DNA of 29,950 nucleotides from Candidatus Cloacimonadota bacterium (GTDB lineage: Bacteria; Cloacimonadota; Cloacimonadia; Cloacimonadales; Cloacimonadaceae): the NCBI GenBank assembly GCA_016875595.1, contig VGPI01000001.1:1-29950 (forward strand). The letters are read 5' to 3'. A model generated the notes under the pieces. That model searched no databases. It saw only the letters and a program-made list of their open reading frames with translations, and was not told the origin of the DNA. Below are positions 17,324 to 26,674 of this stretch, piece by piece. Numbering within the stretch: the first letter of the stretch is position 1; every line of letters starts with the position of its first letter. A program made the position numbers and the translations under genes.

Positions 17324-18253
17324 ATGAACATCAAAGCCGTAACATGGCTGACTTTGATCCTGGCAGTGTTGCTGTCCTGTTCCTCGGAAGCCGGCCGGAT
17401 CAATAAAGCCAATCGTAACTTGGGGAGCAGGGATAATCCCATCAAGATGTATTTTGTTCCGTCTCTGGAAGCGGGCAAGATCGTCAATAGCGCCGAGGGC
17501 ATTGCAGCTTATCTGCATCAAGCCACGGGACTGCAATTCAAGGTGGCGGTGCCGACCAGCTATGCGGCAGTGATCGAAGCGCTGGGTAATTATCAGGCAG
17601 ATATCGCCTGGTTGAGTACCTATGCCTATATTCTTGCCAAACAGAAGTTTGACGCCGAAGTGAAACTGATGACGGTGCGCAACGGGTTAAAATCATACCG
17701 CGGGCAATTCGTCGTCCGGGCTGATAGCGGGATCGAGAGAATCGAAGATATTGCCGGCAAGGTGATCGCCTACACGGATGCAGCCTCCACTTCCGGCTAT
17801 ATCTATCCATCCGCCATCTTGAAGCAGAAAGGGATAGCGCCACAGGATTATTTCTTTGCCGGAGGTCATACCCAGGCGATCCTGGCGGTGTATTCCGGAA
17901 GGGCTGATGTTGCCTGCACCTATTGGTCTCCGCCGGATGAGACCGGCAAGCCCAAAGATGCGCGGGAAAAACTGCTCGAGACCTATCCGGACATCTTCTC
18001 CCGCATCTCCATCATCGGTTACACTGATTGGATCCCGAACGATACCGTCACTTTCCGGAAACATATCCCGGTAGAGATCCGCGACCGGATCACCGGAGCC
18101 CTGCTGGAATTCGCTACGATCGAACAAGGCAGACAAACGCTCAAGTCCCTCTATGACATCGACGGTCTGGAACCAGCCAGCGATGCCGATTATGAGATCG
18201 TTCGTACCACTCTGCGGCTGCTGGATATGGATCCGGCGAAGATGATGAAGTAA
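17324..18253 (+). CDS. phnD: Phosphate/phosphite/phosphonate ABC transporter substrate-binding lipoprotein
   Basis: Lipobox LLS-C; VPTSYAAVIEAL, YRGQFVVR, ASTSGYIYP, GGHTQAILAV and WIPND. Confidence 0.88.
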   Translation: MNIKAVTWLTLILAVLLSCSSEAGRINKANRNLGSRDNPIKMYFVPSLEAGKIVNSAEGIAAYLHQATGLQFKVAVPTSYAAVIEALGNYQADIAWLSTYAYILAKQKFDAEVKLMTVRNGLKSYRGQFVVRADSGIERIEDIAGKVIAYTDAASTSGYIYPSAILKQKGIAPQDYFFAGGHTQAILAVYSGRADVACTYWSPPDETGKPKDAREKLLETYPDIFSRISIIGYTDWIPNDTVTFRKHIPVEIRDRITGALLEFATIEQGRQTLKSLYDIDGLEPASDADYEIVRTTLRLLDMDPAKMMK

Positions 18254-18272
18254 GGAATCTCACCGGTATTTC

Positions 18273-19025
18273 ATGCGCATCCTCTCCGTCACCGGTCTGT
18301 CCAAAACCTACAATGGCGTGGATTGGGCGCTCAAGGATGTCAGCTTTGAGGTCTGGCAGGGCAATTTCCTGATTCTCCTGGGTTTATCGGGTTCGGGTAA
18401 ATCCACGCTCCTCAGATGTATCAACCGTTTGGTTGAACCGGATGAGGGAGCTATCCAGTTCCAGGAGCGGGAAGTATTTAACGCTTCTCAGAGTGAAATC
18501 AGACAGATCCGTCGTAATATCGGGATGATCTTTCAGCAGTTCAATCTGGTCAAAAACCTCAGTGTCCTTACCAATGTCCTCTCCGGGCGGTTGGGGTACC
18601 ATGGACTGATCTCGCGGTTCACCACAGAGGAGCACGAGCTGGCACTGCACAATCTGGAGCGGGTGGGACTGGTCAATTATGCCCGCAGACAGGTTAAGTA
18701 CCTTTCCGGTGGTCAGCAACAACGGGTTGCCATTGCGCGTGCTTTGATGCAGCAGCCCTCTTTGATCCTGGCGGATGAGCCGGTTGCCAGCCTGGATCCT
18801 GCGACGGCAGATTCCATCATGCAGTATCTGGGAGAGATCAATCGTCAGGACAAGATCACCATCATCTGTTCTTTGCATTTCCTTTCGCTGGCGCGGAAGT
18901 ATGGTAACCGGGTACTGGCTTTGAAGGATGGCAGAGTGGTGTATCAGGGAATTCCGACCGATATCGACGAACAACGATTCAGGGAGATCTACGGGCAGGA
19001 CGCGGAAGAAGTCGAGATCCGATAA
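18273..19025 (+). CDS. phnC: Phosphonate ABC transporter ATP-binding protein
   Basis: Walker [40 protein letters not shown] and [11 protein letters not shown]. Confidence 0.9.
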   Translation: MRILSVTGLSKTYNGVDWALKDVSFEVWQGNFLILLGLSGSGKSTLLRCINRLVEPDEGAIQFQEREVFNASQSEIRQIRRNIGMIFQQFNLVKNLSVLTNVLSGRLGYHGLISRFTTEEHELALHNLERVGLVNYARRQVKYLSGGQQQRVAIARALMQQPSLILADEPVASLDPATADSIMQYLGEINRQDKITIICSLHFLSLARKYGNRVLALKDGRVVYQGIPTDIDEQRFREIYGQDAEEVEIR

Positions 19026-19026
19026 T

Positions 19027-20301
19027 CTACAGATACCTGACCCAGATGTAGATGCTGGATACCACCAGCGAAATGGTCATGTAGATCAGACCATACTTGA
19101 CGAACTGGAAGAACCTGATCCGAAATCCATTGCGGTTGGCAATTCCGATGGCTACGATGTTGGAAGCAGCTCCGATCGGAGTACCCAGTCCACCCAGGCA
19201 TGATCCCAGTGCCAATGCCCACCACAGCGTGTTTTCCATGGCTCCGCCCATTGCCAGATTGACGTCATTGATCACCGGGATCATAGTGGCAACGACAGGC
19301 ACGCAGCCCATCAGAGCGGAAGCGATCCCGGAAACCCAGATGATGGTGAGAGCGATCAGTTTACTGTCATTATTGGTCACCTCGACGATCCAGTGAGCCA
19401 GGGTCCTGAGGATCCCCGTCTCGCTCAGCCCGCCCACGATCATGAAGAGTCCCATGAAAAAGAAGATGGTCACCCAATCCACTTCACTGACGATCTGTTC
19501 CACATACTTCCGGTTGCTGAAGATCAACATGACCAGGGCGGTGGTCATGGCGATCGTGGCGGACTCCAGAGCCAAAACGCCTTGTAACGAGAAGAGAACC
19601 AGCATCAGGCAGATCGCATACAAGGAACGGCGCAACAGCTTTCTGTCCTTGATCAGGATCCGTTCATTGTATTCCATCAGTTTGGCACGGTCGCGGTTGC
19701 TGACCTTGATCCGTTTCCGGTAGAAGATCCTGATCATGATCAAACTGATCAGCATTACGACCAGCACCGGAGGGACAAGATTGTAGATAAACTGCATGAA
19801 GGTCAGATCGGTGCGGCTGCCGATCAGGATATTGGGCGGATCTCCGATCAGAGTGGCGGTTCCACCGATATTGGATGCCATGGTGATATTGATGATATAC
19901 GGATAGGGGGAGATCTTCAGTTCCTGCGTGATCAGGAGCACGACAGGGATCAGGAGCATTACCGTGGTTACATTGTCCAGCACGGCGGATATGAGTGCGG
20001 TCATGACAAACAGCAGGAGCATGATCCAGATCGGTCTGCCCCGGGTTGCTTTGGCAGTTTTGATGGCGACATACTGGAAGACGCCGGTGTCCTTCAGGAT
20101 CGCCACCACGATCATCATCCCCACCAACAGGAAGACCACATTCCAATCGATGTATGAGAATGCCTGCTCCTGGGTCATGATCCCGGCAAGCACGAAAATG
20201 AAACTGCCCAAAAGAGCAGCGGTCATCTTGTTGATCCATTCGGTGACGATGAAGAGATAGGTGATGCCCATGATGATCAGGGCGGAGATCAATATCAACA
20301 T
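19027..20301 (-). CDS. ArsB/NhaD (ion transporter superfamily) permease
   Basis: Multi-TM protein; IDWNVVFLLVGMM, SAVLDNVTT, ASNIGGTATLIGDPPNI and IGAASNIV. Confidence 0.9.
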   Translation of the reverse strand: MLILISALIIMGITYLFIVTEWINKMTAALLGSFIFVLAGIMTQEQAFSYIDWNVVFLLVGMMIVVAILKDTGVFQYVAIKTAKATRGRPIWIMLLLFVMTALISAVLDNVTTVMLLIPVVLLITQELKISPYPYIINITMASNIGGTATLIGDPPNILIGSRTDLTFMQFIYNLVPPVLVVMLISLIMIRIFYRKRIKVSNRDRAKLMEYNERILIKDRKLLRRSLYAICLMLVLFSLQGVLALESATIAMTTALVMLIFSNRKYVEQIVSEVDWVTIFFFMGLFMIVGGLSETGILRTLAHWIVEVTNNDSKLIALTIIWVSGIASALMGCVPVVATMIPVINDVNLAMGGAMENTLWWALALGSCLGGLGTPIGAASNIVAIGIANRNGFRIRFFQFVKYGLIYMTISLVVSSIYIWVRYL

Positions 20302-20303
20302 GA

Positions 20304-21203
20304 TTATGCCCGGATGACTCTCCTGTAGATATCCATGGCGGTGATGACGCCGACCAGTTTGCCGTCCTGAACGACGGAGAAGAAGCGCTTTTTATGCTGG
20401 ATCATCTCAAAGACCGTCTCGATGATCGAGGTCTCCGGGCTGAGGACAATATCGGCGTTCTGCATGATCTCCCGGACCTGGATGTCAGTCTCCTTTTCGA
20501 TCAGCCGTTCCAATGGTTCAAAGGCGCGCAGGAATTGTAGATTGTCCATCAGCAACAGATATTCCGGGATCCCTACCTTGAGATAATTGAGTACGCTTGC
20601 TTCCCCCAGAAAGCGCATCTTCTCGTCGACCACGGGGAAAACAGATATGCCATGTTCAGCCATCAATCTACCCATTTCGCTGAGTTTGGACTCGGGTCTG
20701 ACGAATAATGGCTCTTGGGTCATTATATCGCCGATGGTCAGGTCTTCCTTGACCACAAGATCCATCATTCGGAATGAGCCGATCACATCATGAGCAGTAT
20801 TATCCGTCATCAGAAGCGACATTTGGGCGGGATTACGTGATAGCTTCAGCAGGGTGGCGACCAGATTGAGATACAGCTTGGAGGAGCTCTTATCTGTGAT
20901 GATCAGAATGACCATTTTCAGGGAGATATCACCGATCACAACAGGTTTTTTTAACACGCACATCCCGATTATCGTATCATCCAGATTATCCAGACGCACA
21001 TGAGGTATGGCTATTCCACTCGGATAGGTGGTCGATCCTTCTGCTTCACGCTTGAGGATGAGGTCCATGAGATGATTGCAACATTCGGGTAGGTTGTGGT
21101 GCTGGCAGATCTTTTCGACCAGCTTGGCGTATACCCGCACAAGCGTCGTCTCGTGATGTTCAATGTATATGGTTTGTGCATCCAGTAAACTCACCAGTCG
21201 CAT
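20304..21203 (-). CDS. PTS EIIA-like domain fused to a CBS-domain pair
   Basis: KREAEGSTTYPSGIAIPH (conserved His) followed by two CBS motifs (FPVVD...G; FSVVQDGKLVGVIT). GAGGTG SD favours ATG 21203. Confidence 0.87.
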   Translation of the reverse strand: MRLVSLLDAQTIYIEHHETTLVRVYAKLVEKICQHHNLPECCNHLMDLILKREAEGSTTYPSGIAIPHVRLDNLDDTIIGMCVLKKPVVIGDISLKMVILIITDKSSSKLYLNLVATLLKLSRNPAQMSLLMTDNTAHDVIGSFRMMDLVVKEDLTIGDIMTQEPLFVRPESKLSEMGRLMAEHGISVFPVVDEKMRFLGEASVLNYLKVGIPEYLLLMDNLQFLRAFEPLERLIEKETDIQVREIMQNADIVLSPETSIIETVFEMIQHKKRFFSVVQDGKLVGVITAMDIYRRVIRA

Positions 21204-21286
21204 AAGCACCTCGGTTCCTTTGGTGTGCTCATGCTGGCAAATGTCTCATTATCGTCAATAGAATTCTGCTCCAATTTTACAGTCGG

Positions 21287-21320
21287 AAAAAACCCGCGGT
21301 CAACATCTGTTGGCCGCGGG
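21287..21320 (-). terminator. Rho-independent terminator of the PPIase gene
   Basis: Minus strand CCCGCGGCCAACA-GA-TGTTGACCGCGGG then TTTTTT, 43 nt after the stop codon. Confidence 0.75.
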
Positions 21321-21363
21321 CGGCAGAGTTACCATGAACAGGGTTTACAAGAAACCCCAAGAT

Positions 21364-23400
21364 CTATTCCGGATCATCGCTTTCAAAAAAGGGCACTTCC
21401 TTGCCTTCGAGGATCTCGATCATAAATCGGGCAGAGTCATGCAGATCACCTTCAGGGAATTGCCTGATAAAGCCCTTGAATAGCTCAAGGCCAAGTACTT
21501 TATTGTCTATCTCCTCGGCTATGAGAAATGCCTTCATAAAAGCAGCTTTGTAATCATCCTCGCCATTGGGATAATTTTGCAAGATCTGGTCGTAATAAAC
21601 AATCGCATTGCGGAATTGACGCTGCCGGGCAGCATTATCGGCAAGGTTGAACAATTCTGCCGCCGTGAGCAGCAATCTGATCCGATCCGGATATTTGATC
21701 ATACCAAATTCAACAAATAGTTGCTCCTTGACCTCTTGCTCCTTGCTTTGCTGATTTTCCCGCTTCAGCACACTATAGATCCGGGGTTCGACTTCGATGA
21801 ATGGTTTAACGACCGGAGGATTTTCCTTGACCACCCGGAAAAAAGCATGCTCGCCTTTGGCAGTGACAAACACAGGGCTTACACCCCCGATGGGAGTATC
21901 CCAGATCCGCTTGGAAAATTCGGCATCTGGACCCACTCCTGTCACGATATCGTTACGATATTGGTTGTCCAGAATTGATTGCTCGGGACGGAGGGAGAAC
22001 TTCTTGATGATCTGGTCCATATCTTTGTCCCGGTTACGACGGGCGGCGCGGTCAAACCGTTTCCAAGCCTTGTTTGCCGTCTTCTCATTGTCAAACCACA
22101 AGACCTGGATCTGACGCGACTCCGGATTGGTATAGGCATCGAGATGTGCATTGTAATAATCGCGTGCCTGGTCAGAAGTGACCTCGATCGCATCTAACAC
22201 AAGCCGTTTATGGGCTTCTATTATGACATAATAACGCAATGTCTGGACATATTCCTCATCGGAGGTAAAGTATCTGTCATAGCCTTCATTCCGGGCATCC
22301 AGATACATCAGGTTCCGGCGCAATTCCTGATTGATCAGTTGCGGAGCACCGCCACCTTTGGTGTAAAACACTTGTTCTTGGGGGCTCATTTGGGTAAACT
22401 TGGTAATTACGTATTCCACAGTAATATCCAGTTCTGGAGTAGGAGCACTGATCACTTTTCGGTTCATGAGGTGCGTGTTCTTAACGGGATCGATGAGATT
22501 GATTGTGGCAATCAAAGCGGAATCGACGACCACGGAGTATTTGGCTACCAGGATCGCAGTAATCTGATCCATAACCTGTGCTTCCTTGATCGGGCGGTAG
22601 CGCTGATGAACTTCCGCTTCCACTTCGAGGTAGGGGCGTTGCCTGCCTTCGACACGTTCGGTTATACGGAAGATATGCCAGCCCAGTTCGGTCTTGAAAG
22701 GACCATGAACAATACTGGCATTCACTGGATACGAGGCGATCAGTGAATCCAGCACCGCATCATTGCCCAAACCGGGGATATGACCGTTATTGCGAATGTT
22801 CTTAATCACTCCTTTAAGGTTCTTGGCATAGGTGTTTATGGAGTATTTGTCGGAGACATCACCAAAGGGGACACCACCGCTGATCTCGGCGATTGCTTCT
22901 CTGGCTTTGGCTTCGTTATCGGTCTGGATATACTCGATGACGATATAAGGGCTCACGAAGAAGGCTCGTTTGTTCTCATTATAATACTGCTGTTTTTCAG
23001 CTTCAGTCAATTCTACCTGTTCAGTCACGTTCTTCTTATAATACTCACGGATATAAAACTGCTTTCTGGTCTCTTCGATTTTAGCGGCAACCGTAGGATC
23101 TTGATCGATGCCCATTCTCAATGCTTTCAGGTAAAAGACCTGTTCGGTGGCCATTACGTCCAGTAACTGCAATTGACCTTCTATCGTTTTCAAATAACCC
23201 CTGTTCTGGGGAGGATACTTCCATAGCCTGGTATCCACATCTTTGCGGGTTATGACGCCTCCCTGATACTCAGCCAGAATATCCTGATCGTTGATCTTTG
23301 TATCCGTTAAAACTGGAGTCGCCACATTCTGTGCGAACAGAGCCAGACCCACCAGTCCGAGGATTACCAGAATCTGACACATAAAGCGTGATAAATACAT
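21364..23400 (-). CDS. Exported peptidyl-prolyl isomerase/foldase (two parvulin-type modules) with C-terminal TPR-like region
   Basis: Signal peptide; F-x-D-V-S-D-K-Y-S, HGPFKTELGWHIFR and VSPVFVTAKGEH; C-terminal AIVYYDQILQNYP...KAAFMKAF; GAAGGAG SD. Confidence 0.8.
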   Translation of the reverse strand: MYLSRFMCQILVILGLVGLALFAQNVATPVLTDTKINDQDILAEYQGGVITRKDVDTRLWKYPPQNRGYLKTIEGQLQLLDVMATEQVFYLKALRMGIDQDPTVAAKIEETRKQFYIREYYKKNVTEQVELTEAEKQQYYNENKRAFFVSPYIVIEYIQTDNEAKAREAIAEISGGVPFGDVSDKYSINTYAKNLKGVIKNIRNNGHIPGLGNDAVLDSLIASYPVNASIVHGPFKTELGWHIFRITERVEGRQRPYLEVEAEVHQRYRPIKEAQVMDQITAILVAKYSVVVDSALIATINLIDPVKNTHLMNRKVISAPTPELDITVEYVITKFTQMSPQEQVFYTKGGGAPQLINQELRRNLMYLDARNEGYDRYFTSDEEYVQTLRYYVIIEAHKRLVLDAIEVTSDQARDYYNAHLDAYTNPESRQIQVLWFDNEKTANKAWKRFDRAARRNRDKDMDQIIKKFSLRPEQSILDNQYRNDIVTGVGPDAEFSKRIWDTPIGGVSPVFVTAKGEHAFFRVVKENPPVVKPFIEVEPRIYSVLKRENQQSKEQEVKEQLFVEFGMIKYPDRIRLLLTAAELFNLADNAARQRQFRNAIVYYDQILQNYPNGEDDYKAAFMKAFLIAEEIDNKVLGLELFKGFIRQFPEGDLHDSARFMIEILEGKEVPFFESDDPE

Positions 23401-24011
23401 TTTTTCTCCTTCAACTACTACCTGACGATTGGAAGCCCAAAATTGCGGGACCTGTCAATTCGTCAAGTCATTTGTGTTTTTTCATTGATTTCGCTGTGTC
23501 CTTCTTTGCTGCTCCATGTTACTCCTTGATTAAGAGGGGGCAGATAGAGAAGGGGTGGGCAAAATCCAGTTCACTTTTCACTGGTTTATCTTGAGGATTT
23601 CCGATCTTGCGCGTTCCTCGTGACTGGTGTAAGATCAAGTAGCAGATGACATTGTTTCCGGCTACCCCATACTTGTAGTGAAAATTGTTCGCACATTTAA
23701 TGAATTTGAACGGGATCCGTTGTTTCCTTAACAAAGGGGCAGGTCGATGTCGTTGTCGTGGAATGCCTGAGCCTACTGTTGCCGGGGCAAAACGGTGCCG
23801 GTGTGATGAAGGCGAATTGCTCAGGACAACGCGGGTGTATGATCGATAAATGGGCGGTAAAGTCAGCAAAAACAGATTCCGGAGCAAACCCCGCCCCAGA
23901 ATCTGTCTGAGCGTTCCAATCACGGCTAATCTATGTTGCATCGGAGCATAGAGCGATGCTTAGGGCAGATTTCCATTGACGGAAAGTGGCAAGGTGCAAT
24001 TTGTTGCGCCG

Positions 24012-24428
24012 ATGACACAGAAGATCCTGCAATATGACCACTGCTTCGCCTGCGGCAGTACAAACAAGAAGGGCTTGAAACTGAAGTTCTTTCAGGAGAA
24101 TGATCAGGCAGTGGCGGAGTTTGACTGTCCCAGCGATTATGAGGGGTACAGCGGTCTGATTCACGGTGGGATCATTGCCCTGCTGATGGATGAAGCAATG
24201 GCACATGCCATTATCAATCAAGGAGTTATCGCTGTTACCGCCCAGATGCACACGCATTACCGGAATCCGATGAAGACTGGATGCAAGGTGAAAGTGAGCG
24301 CCTGGATCAAGGTTGCCAAGACACGTACGATCCAAACCGCGGCCCATATCGAAGATGCAGATGGTACGATCATTGCCAGTGGCGAAGCGATCTATATCGT
24401 GGTGGAGAAAGTCCCCCAAGCGGAGTAA
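24012..24428 (+). CDS. PaaI-family hotdog thioesterase
   Basis: HCFACG...GLKL and EGYSGLIHGGIIALLMDE. ATG 24012 preferred over TTG 23976. Confidence 0.9.
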   Translation: MTQKILQYDHCFACGSTNKKGLKLKFFQENDQAVAEFDCPSDYEGYSGLIHGGIIALLMDEAMAHAIINQGVIAVTAQMHTHYRNPMKTGCKVKVSAWIKVAKTRTIQTAAHIEDADGTIIASGEAIYIVVEKVPQAE

Positions 24429-24432
24429 CGCC

Positions 24433-25116
24433 ATGCTGGTCCGGAAAAACCGCAATCCATTGTTGAACTACCTGACGCCAGGGGAGCAACGCGGGTTGTT
24501 AGTCCTTTGCGTCTTCATCCTCCTGGGTTGTGGGTTGAATGTGACGGGATGGGCACCTTTGCCGGCAGCACCCAAACAGAATGCCACAAACAGTGCCGGG
24601 CTGGCAGAAAAAGTAAGCCGGGATCACGTCGTCCTGATCGATATTCGCACCGCTGCCATTGAAGAATTGATCAAGCTTCCCGGCATCGGAGCCAAAAGAG
24701 CGCAAGATATCATCAACCGCCGTAATACCGAGCCCTTCCGCTCCACTTCCGACCTGCTCAGTATCAAAGGCATCGGCGAGAAGACCTATCTCAAGATGAG
24801 ACCCTATCTGGTTCTCTTTGGTGCCGATACACTTGCGGTTGCGGGGGCAGTGGGAACGGACAGCATAAAAGCAGATAAACCGGTAACAACGAGGGCTTCT
24901 TCCAAACCCAAGGCGGATAACACCGCTCCGGTCAATATCAATACGGCAGGACTGGAGGAATTGATGACCCTGAAAGGCATCGGCAAAGTAAAAGCCAACG
25001 CCATCATCGAATACCGCGAGGCAAATGGGGCATTCCAATCAGTGGACGATCTGGTCAAGGTCAAAGGCATCGGACCCAAAACCCTGGAGAATAATCGCCC
25101 ACGTTTACGGATCTGA
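24433..25116 (+). CDS. comEA: ComEA-like membrane-anchored DNA-binding protein with two helix-hairpin-helix modules
   Basis: One TM segment, IDIRTAAIEELIKLPGIG...KGIG, and VNINTAGLEELMTLKGIG...GAFQSVDDLVKVKGIG. Confidence 0.88.
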   Translation: MLVRKNRNPLLNYLTPGEQRGLLVLCVFILLGCGLNVTGWAPLPAAPKQNATNSAGLAEKVSRDHVVLIDIRTAAIEELIKLPGIGAKRAQDIINRRNTEPFRSTSDLLSIKGIGEKTYLKMRPYLVLFGADTLAVAGAVGTDSIKADKPVTTRASSKPKADNTAPVNINTAGLEELMTLKGIGKVKANAIIEYREANGAFQSVDDLVKVKGIGPKTLENNRPRLRI

Positions 25117-25214
25117 TTAGGCATCCGATCATCATTTCCCCATGCTTTTTCATTGACAGTTTACGTGCCTTCCCAAATAGGGTACGAATAAGGAAGAATT
25201 TTAATGGAGAGACC

Positions 25215-25787
25215 ATGAAGACCGGATCCGACAAACAGGGGTGGATGCCCACTCTGACGCTGGCGAAACTATTTGAGGAACAGAATCAGTTTCTCGATGC
25301 CCTGGCGGCGTATGAATTGATCAGTCAGACCGATTCATCACCGGCGGTCCGGCAGAAGATCGAAGCGCTGCACCTCAGAATCCTCACCGATCCCAATGCC
25401 CGGTATGATCCGCGGATCGAGAAACTCTTTTCACCGGAGGAGCTTGCCTATCTCAAGATATTGAACCACAGCGCTTTTGACAATCTGTCCCAGGTCGTGA
25501 ACCGGATGCAGGAAGGACTGGACGAGACGGACTTTGTCTTTGAACCGGAAGTGGAGATCGCCCCCGAGGAAGCCAATGACTTGCAGAGTATTCTCTCCGA
25601 GATCGAACAGCATGCCCAGCAAACCGAGATCCTTGGTCTGGAGGACGCTACCGAATTCAATACCGCTGATCTGATCATGGCACTTCTGAGCCGTTATGGC
25701 AAGGATACGCTGCTTCGGGATATCAAACTGGCGGATTTTCTCTCCTTGGTGGCGGACATGCAGAACCGCCGTCGTAAAAATGATTGA
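25215..25787 (+). CDS. Hypothetical protein (short TPR-like N-terminus, acidic middle)
   Basis: GGAG SD; TLTLAKLFEEQNQFLDALAAY resembles a TPR helix; compact operon context. Confidence 0.75.
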   Translation: MKTGSDKQGWMPTLTLAKLFEEQNQFLDALAAYELISQTDSSPAVRQKIEALHLRILTDPNARYDPRIEKLFSPEELAYLKILNHSAFDNLSQVVNRMQEGLDETDFVFEPEVEIAPEEANDLQSILSEIEQHAQQTEILGLEDATEFNTADLIMALLSRYGKDTLLRDIKLADFLSLVADMQNRRRKND

Positions 25788-25960
25788 TGAAGCCCATCAA
25801 ACCCGAGGAGATCAATCCCATCTGCCGGCGCTGTCGCGGTAAGTGTAAACAGCCCATCTACGTTCAATTGCTCTCCTGTCCGCATTTCGATAAAAAACCG
25901 GAGCAACTGGAGATCGACCTGAAGCCCAGACACTCCCGCAAAACCAACAAACCATCCTGA
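25787..25960 (+). CDS. Small 57-aa four-cysteine protein (not in ORF track)
   Basis: MKPIKPEEINPICRRCRGKCKQPIYVQLLSCPHFDKKPEQLEIDLKPRHSRKTNKPS. TGATG overlap with the upstream gene; stop lies 3 nt before rsmD. Confidence 0.72.
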   Translation: MKPIKPEEINPICRRCRGKCKQPIYVQLLSCPHFDKKPEQLEIDLKPRHSRKTNKPS

Positions 25961-25963
25961 TCG

Positions 25964-26500
25964 ATGCGCATCATCTCCGGCAAATACAAAGGGATGAACC
26001 TTGCCTCCGTCCCCGGTTTCACCACCCGCCCAACCACTGATTATACCCGTGCAGTGATCTTTTCCATTTTGCCGGACTGCGCCGGACTGAAGGTCCTGGA
26101 TCTGTATGCCGGAACCGGTTCCCTGGGTCTGGAAGCGCTGTCCCGAGGGGCTGAGTGGGTGGACTTCGTGGAATTCTCCAATAAAGCCATCGCCATTATC
26201 CGGCAAAATATCGACAAGCTGCGCCTGCGCAACCAATGCCACCTGTATAAACGCCGGGTGGAGGCATACCTGAAAGACCCGACATCTCCTTATGATCTCA
26301 TCTTTCTCGATCCGCCCTATGCTAAGGAACTGGTAAATAATACCCTGACAGGCATCTATGACAGTGATTTGCTGATTGATGACGGACTGATCGTGGTGGA
26401 ACATGCACCCCGGGAGATCATCGCAAGCGGGTTTCAGGACTTGATCGTCAGCAGCCGGTCAACCAAGACGACCACCGTTACCATCCTGCACTCCCGCTGA
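25964..26500 (+). CDS. rsmD: 16S rRNA (guanine(966)-N2)-methyltransferase
   Basis: MRIISGKYKG, TRPTTD, LDLYAGTGSLGLEALSRGA, DLIFLDPPY and VVEH. Confidence 0.95.
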   Translation: MRIISGKYKGMNLASVPGFTTRPTTDYTRAVIFSILPDCAGLKVLDLYAGTGSLGLEALSRGAEWVDFVEFSNKAIAIIRQNIDKLRLRNQCHLYKRRVEAYLKDPTSPYDLIFLDPPYAKELVNNTLTGIYDSDLLIDDGLIVVEHAPREIIASGFQDLIVSSRSTKTTTVTILHSR

Positions 26501-26565
26501 GAGATAGCGGTTTTCCTTGACGGCAAAGCCGTGTTCAAAATCCAATCTCTGATCGATATGCTTAT

Positions 26566-26654
26566 GGGGTGCTGAGGGAAAGCGCCCCTACGATATAGAG
26601 CGCTGAAGGAATATGTCCCCCGTATATGGGGTGGTGATAAACAAGATCCCGACG
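26566..26654 (-). repeat. Array of three REP-like copies at 31-nt period (one intact, two degenerate)
   Basis: Plus-strand units: 26566 GGGGTGCTGAGGGAAAGCGCCCCTACG, 26597 AGAGCGCTGAAGGAATATGTCCCCCGT, 26628 GGGGTGGTGATAAACAAGATCCCGACG. The first is the near reverse complement of the 28994/29042 unit. Confidence 0.7.
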
Positions 26655-26674
26655 ATTTGTAATGGGAGGAATGA

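Noticed and set aside
23519-23941. 140-aa minus-strand ORF as a real gene
   Set aside because: No SD, no motif and atypical composition; kept only as context in a finding.
26501-26674. Lysine or cobalamin riboswitch upstream of kamD; mini-ORF ATG-ATT-GAT-TAA at 26671
   Set aside because: The region is explained by the REP array and lacks aptamer cores; the ATG is 1 nt from the SD, so TTG 26675 is the plausible start.
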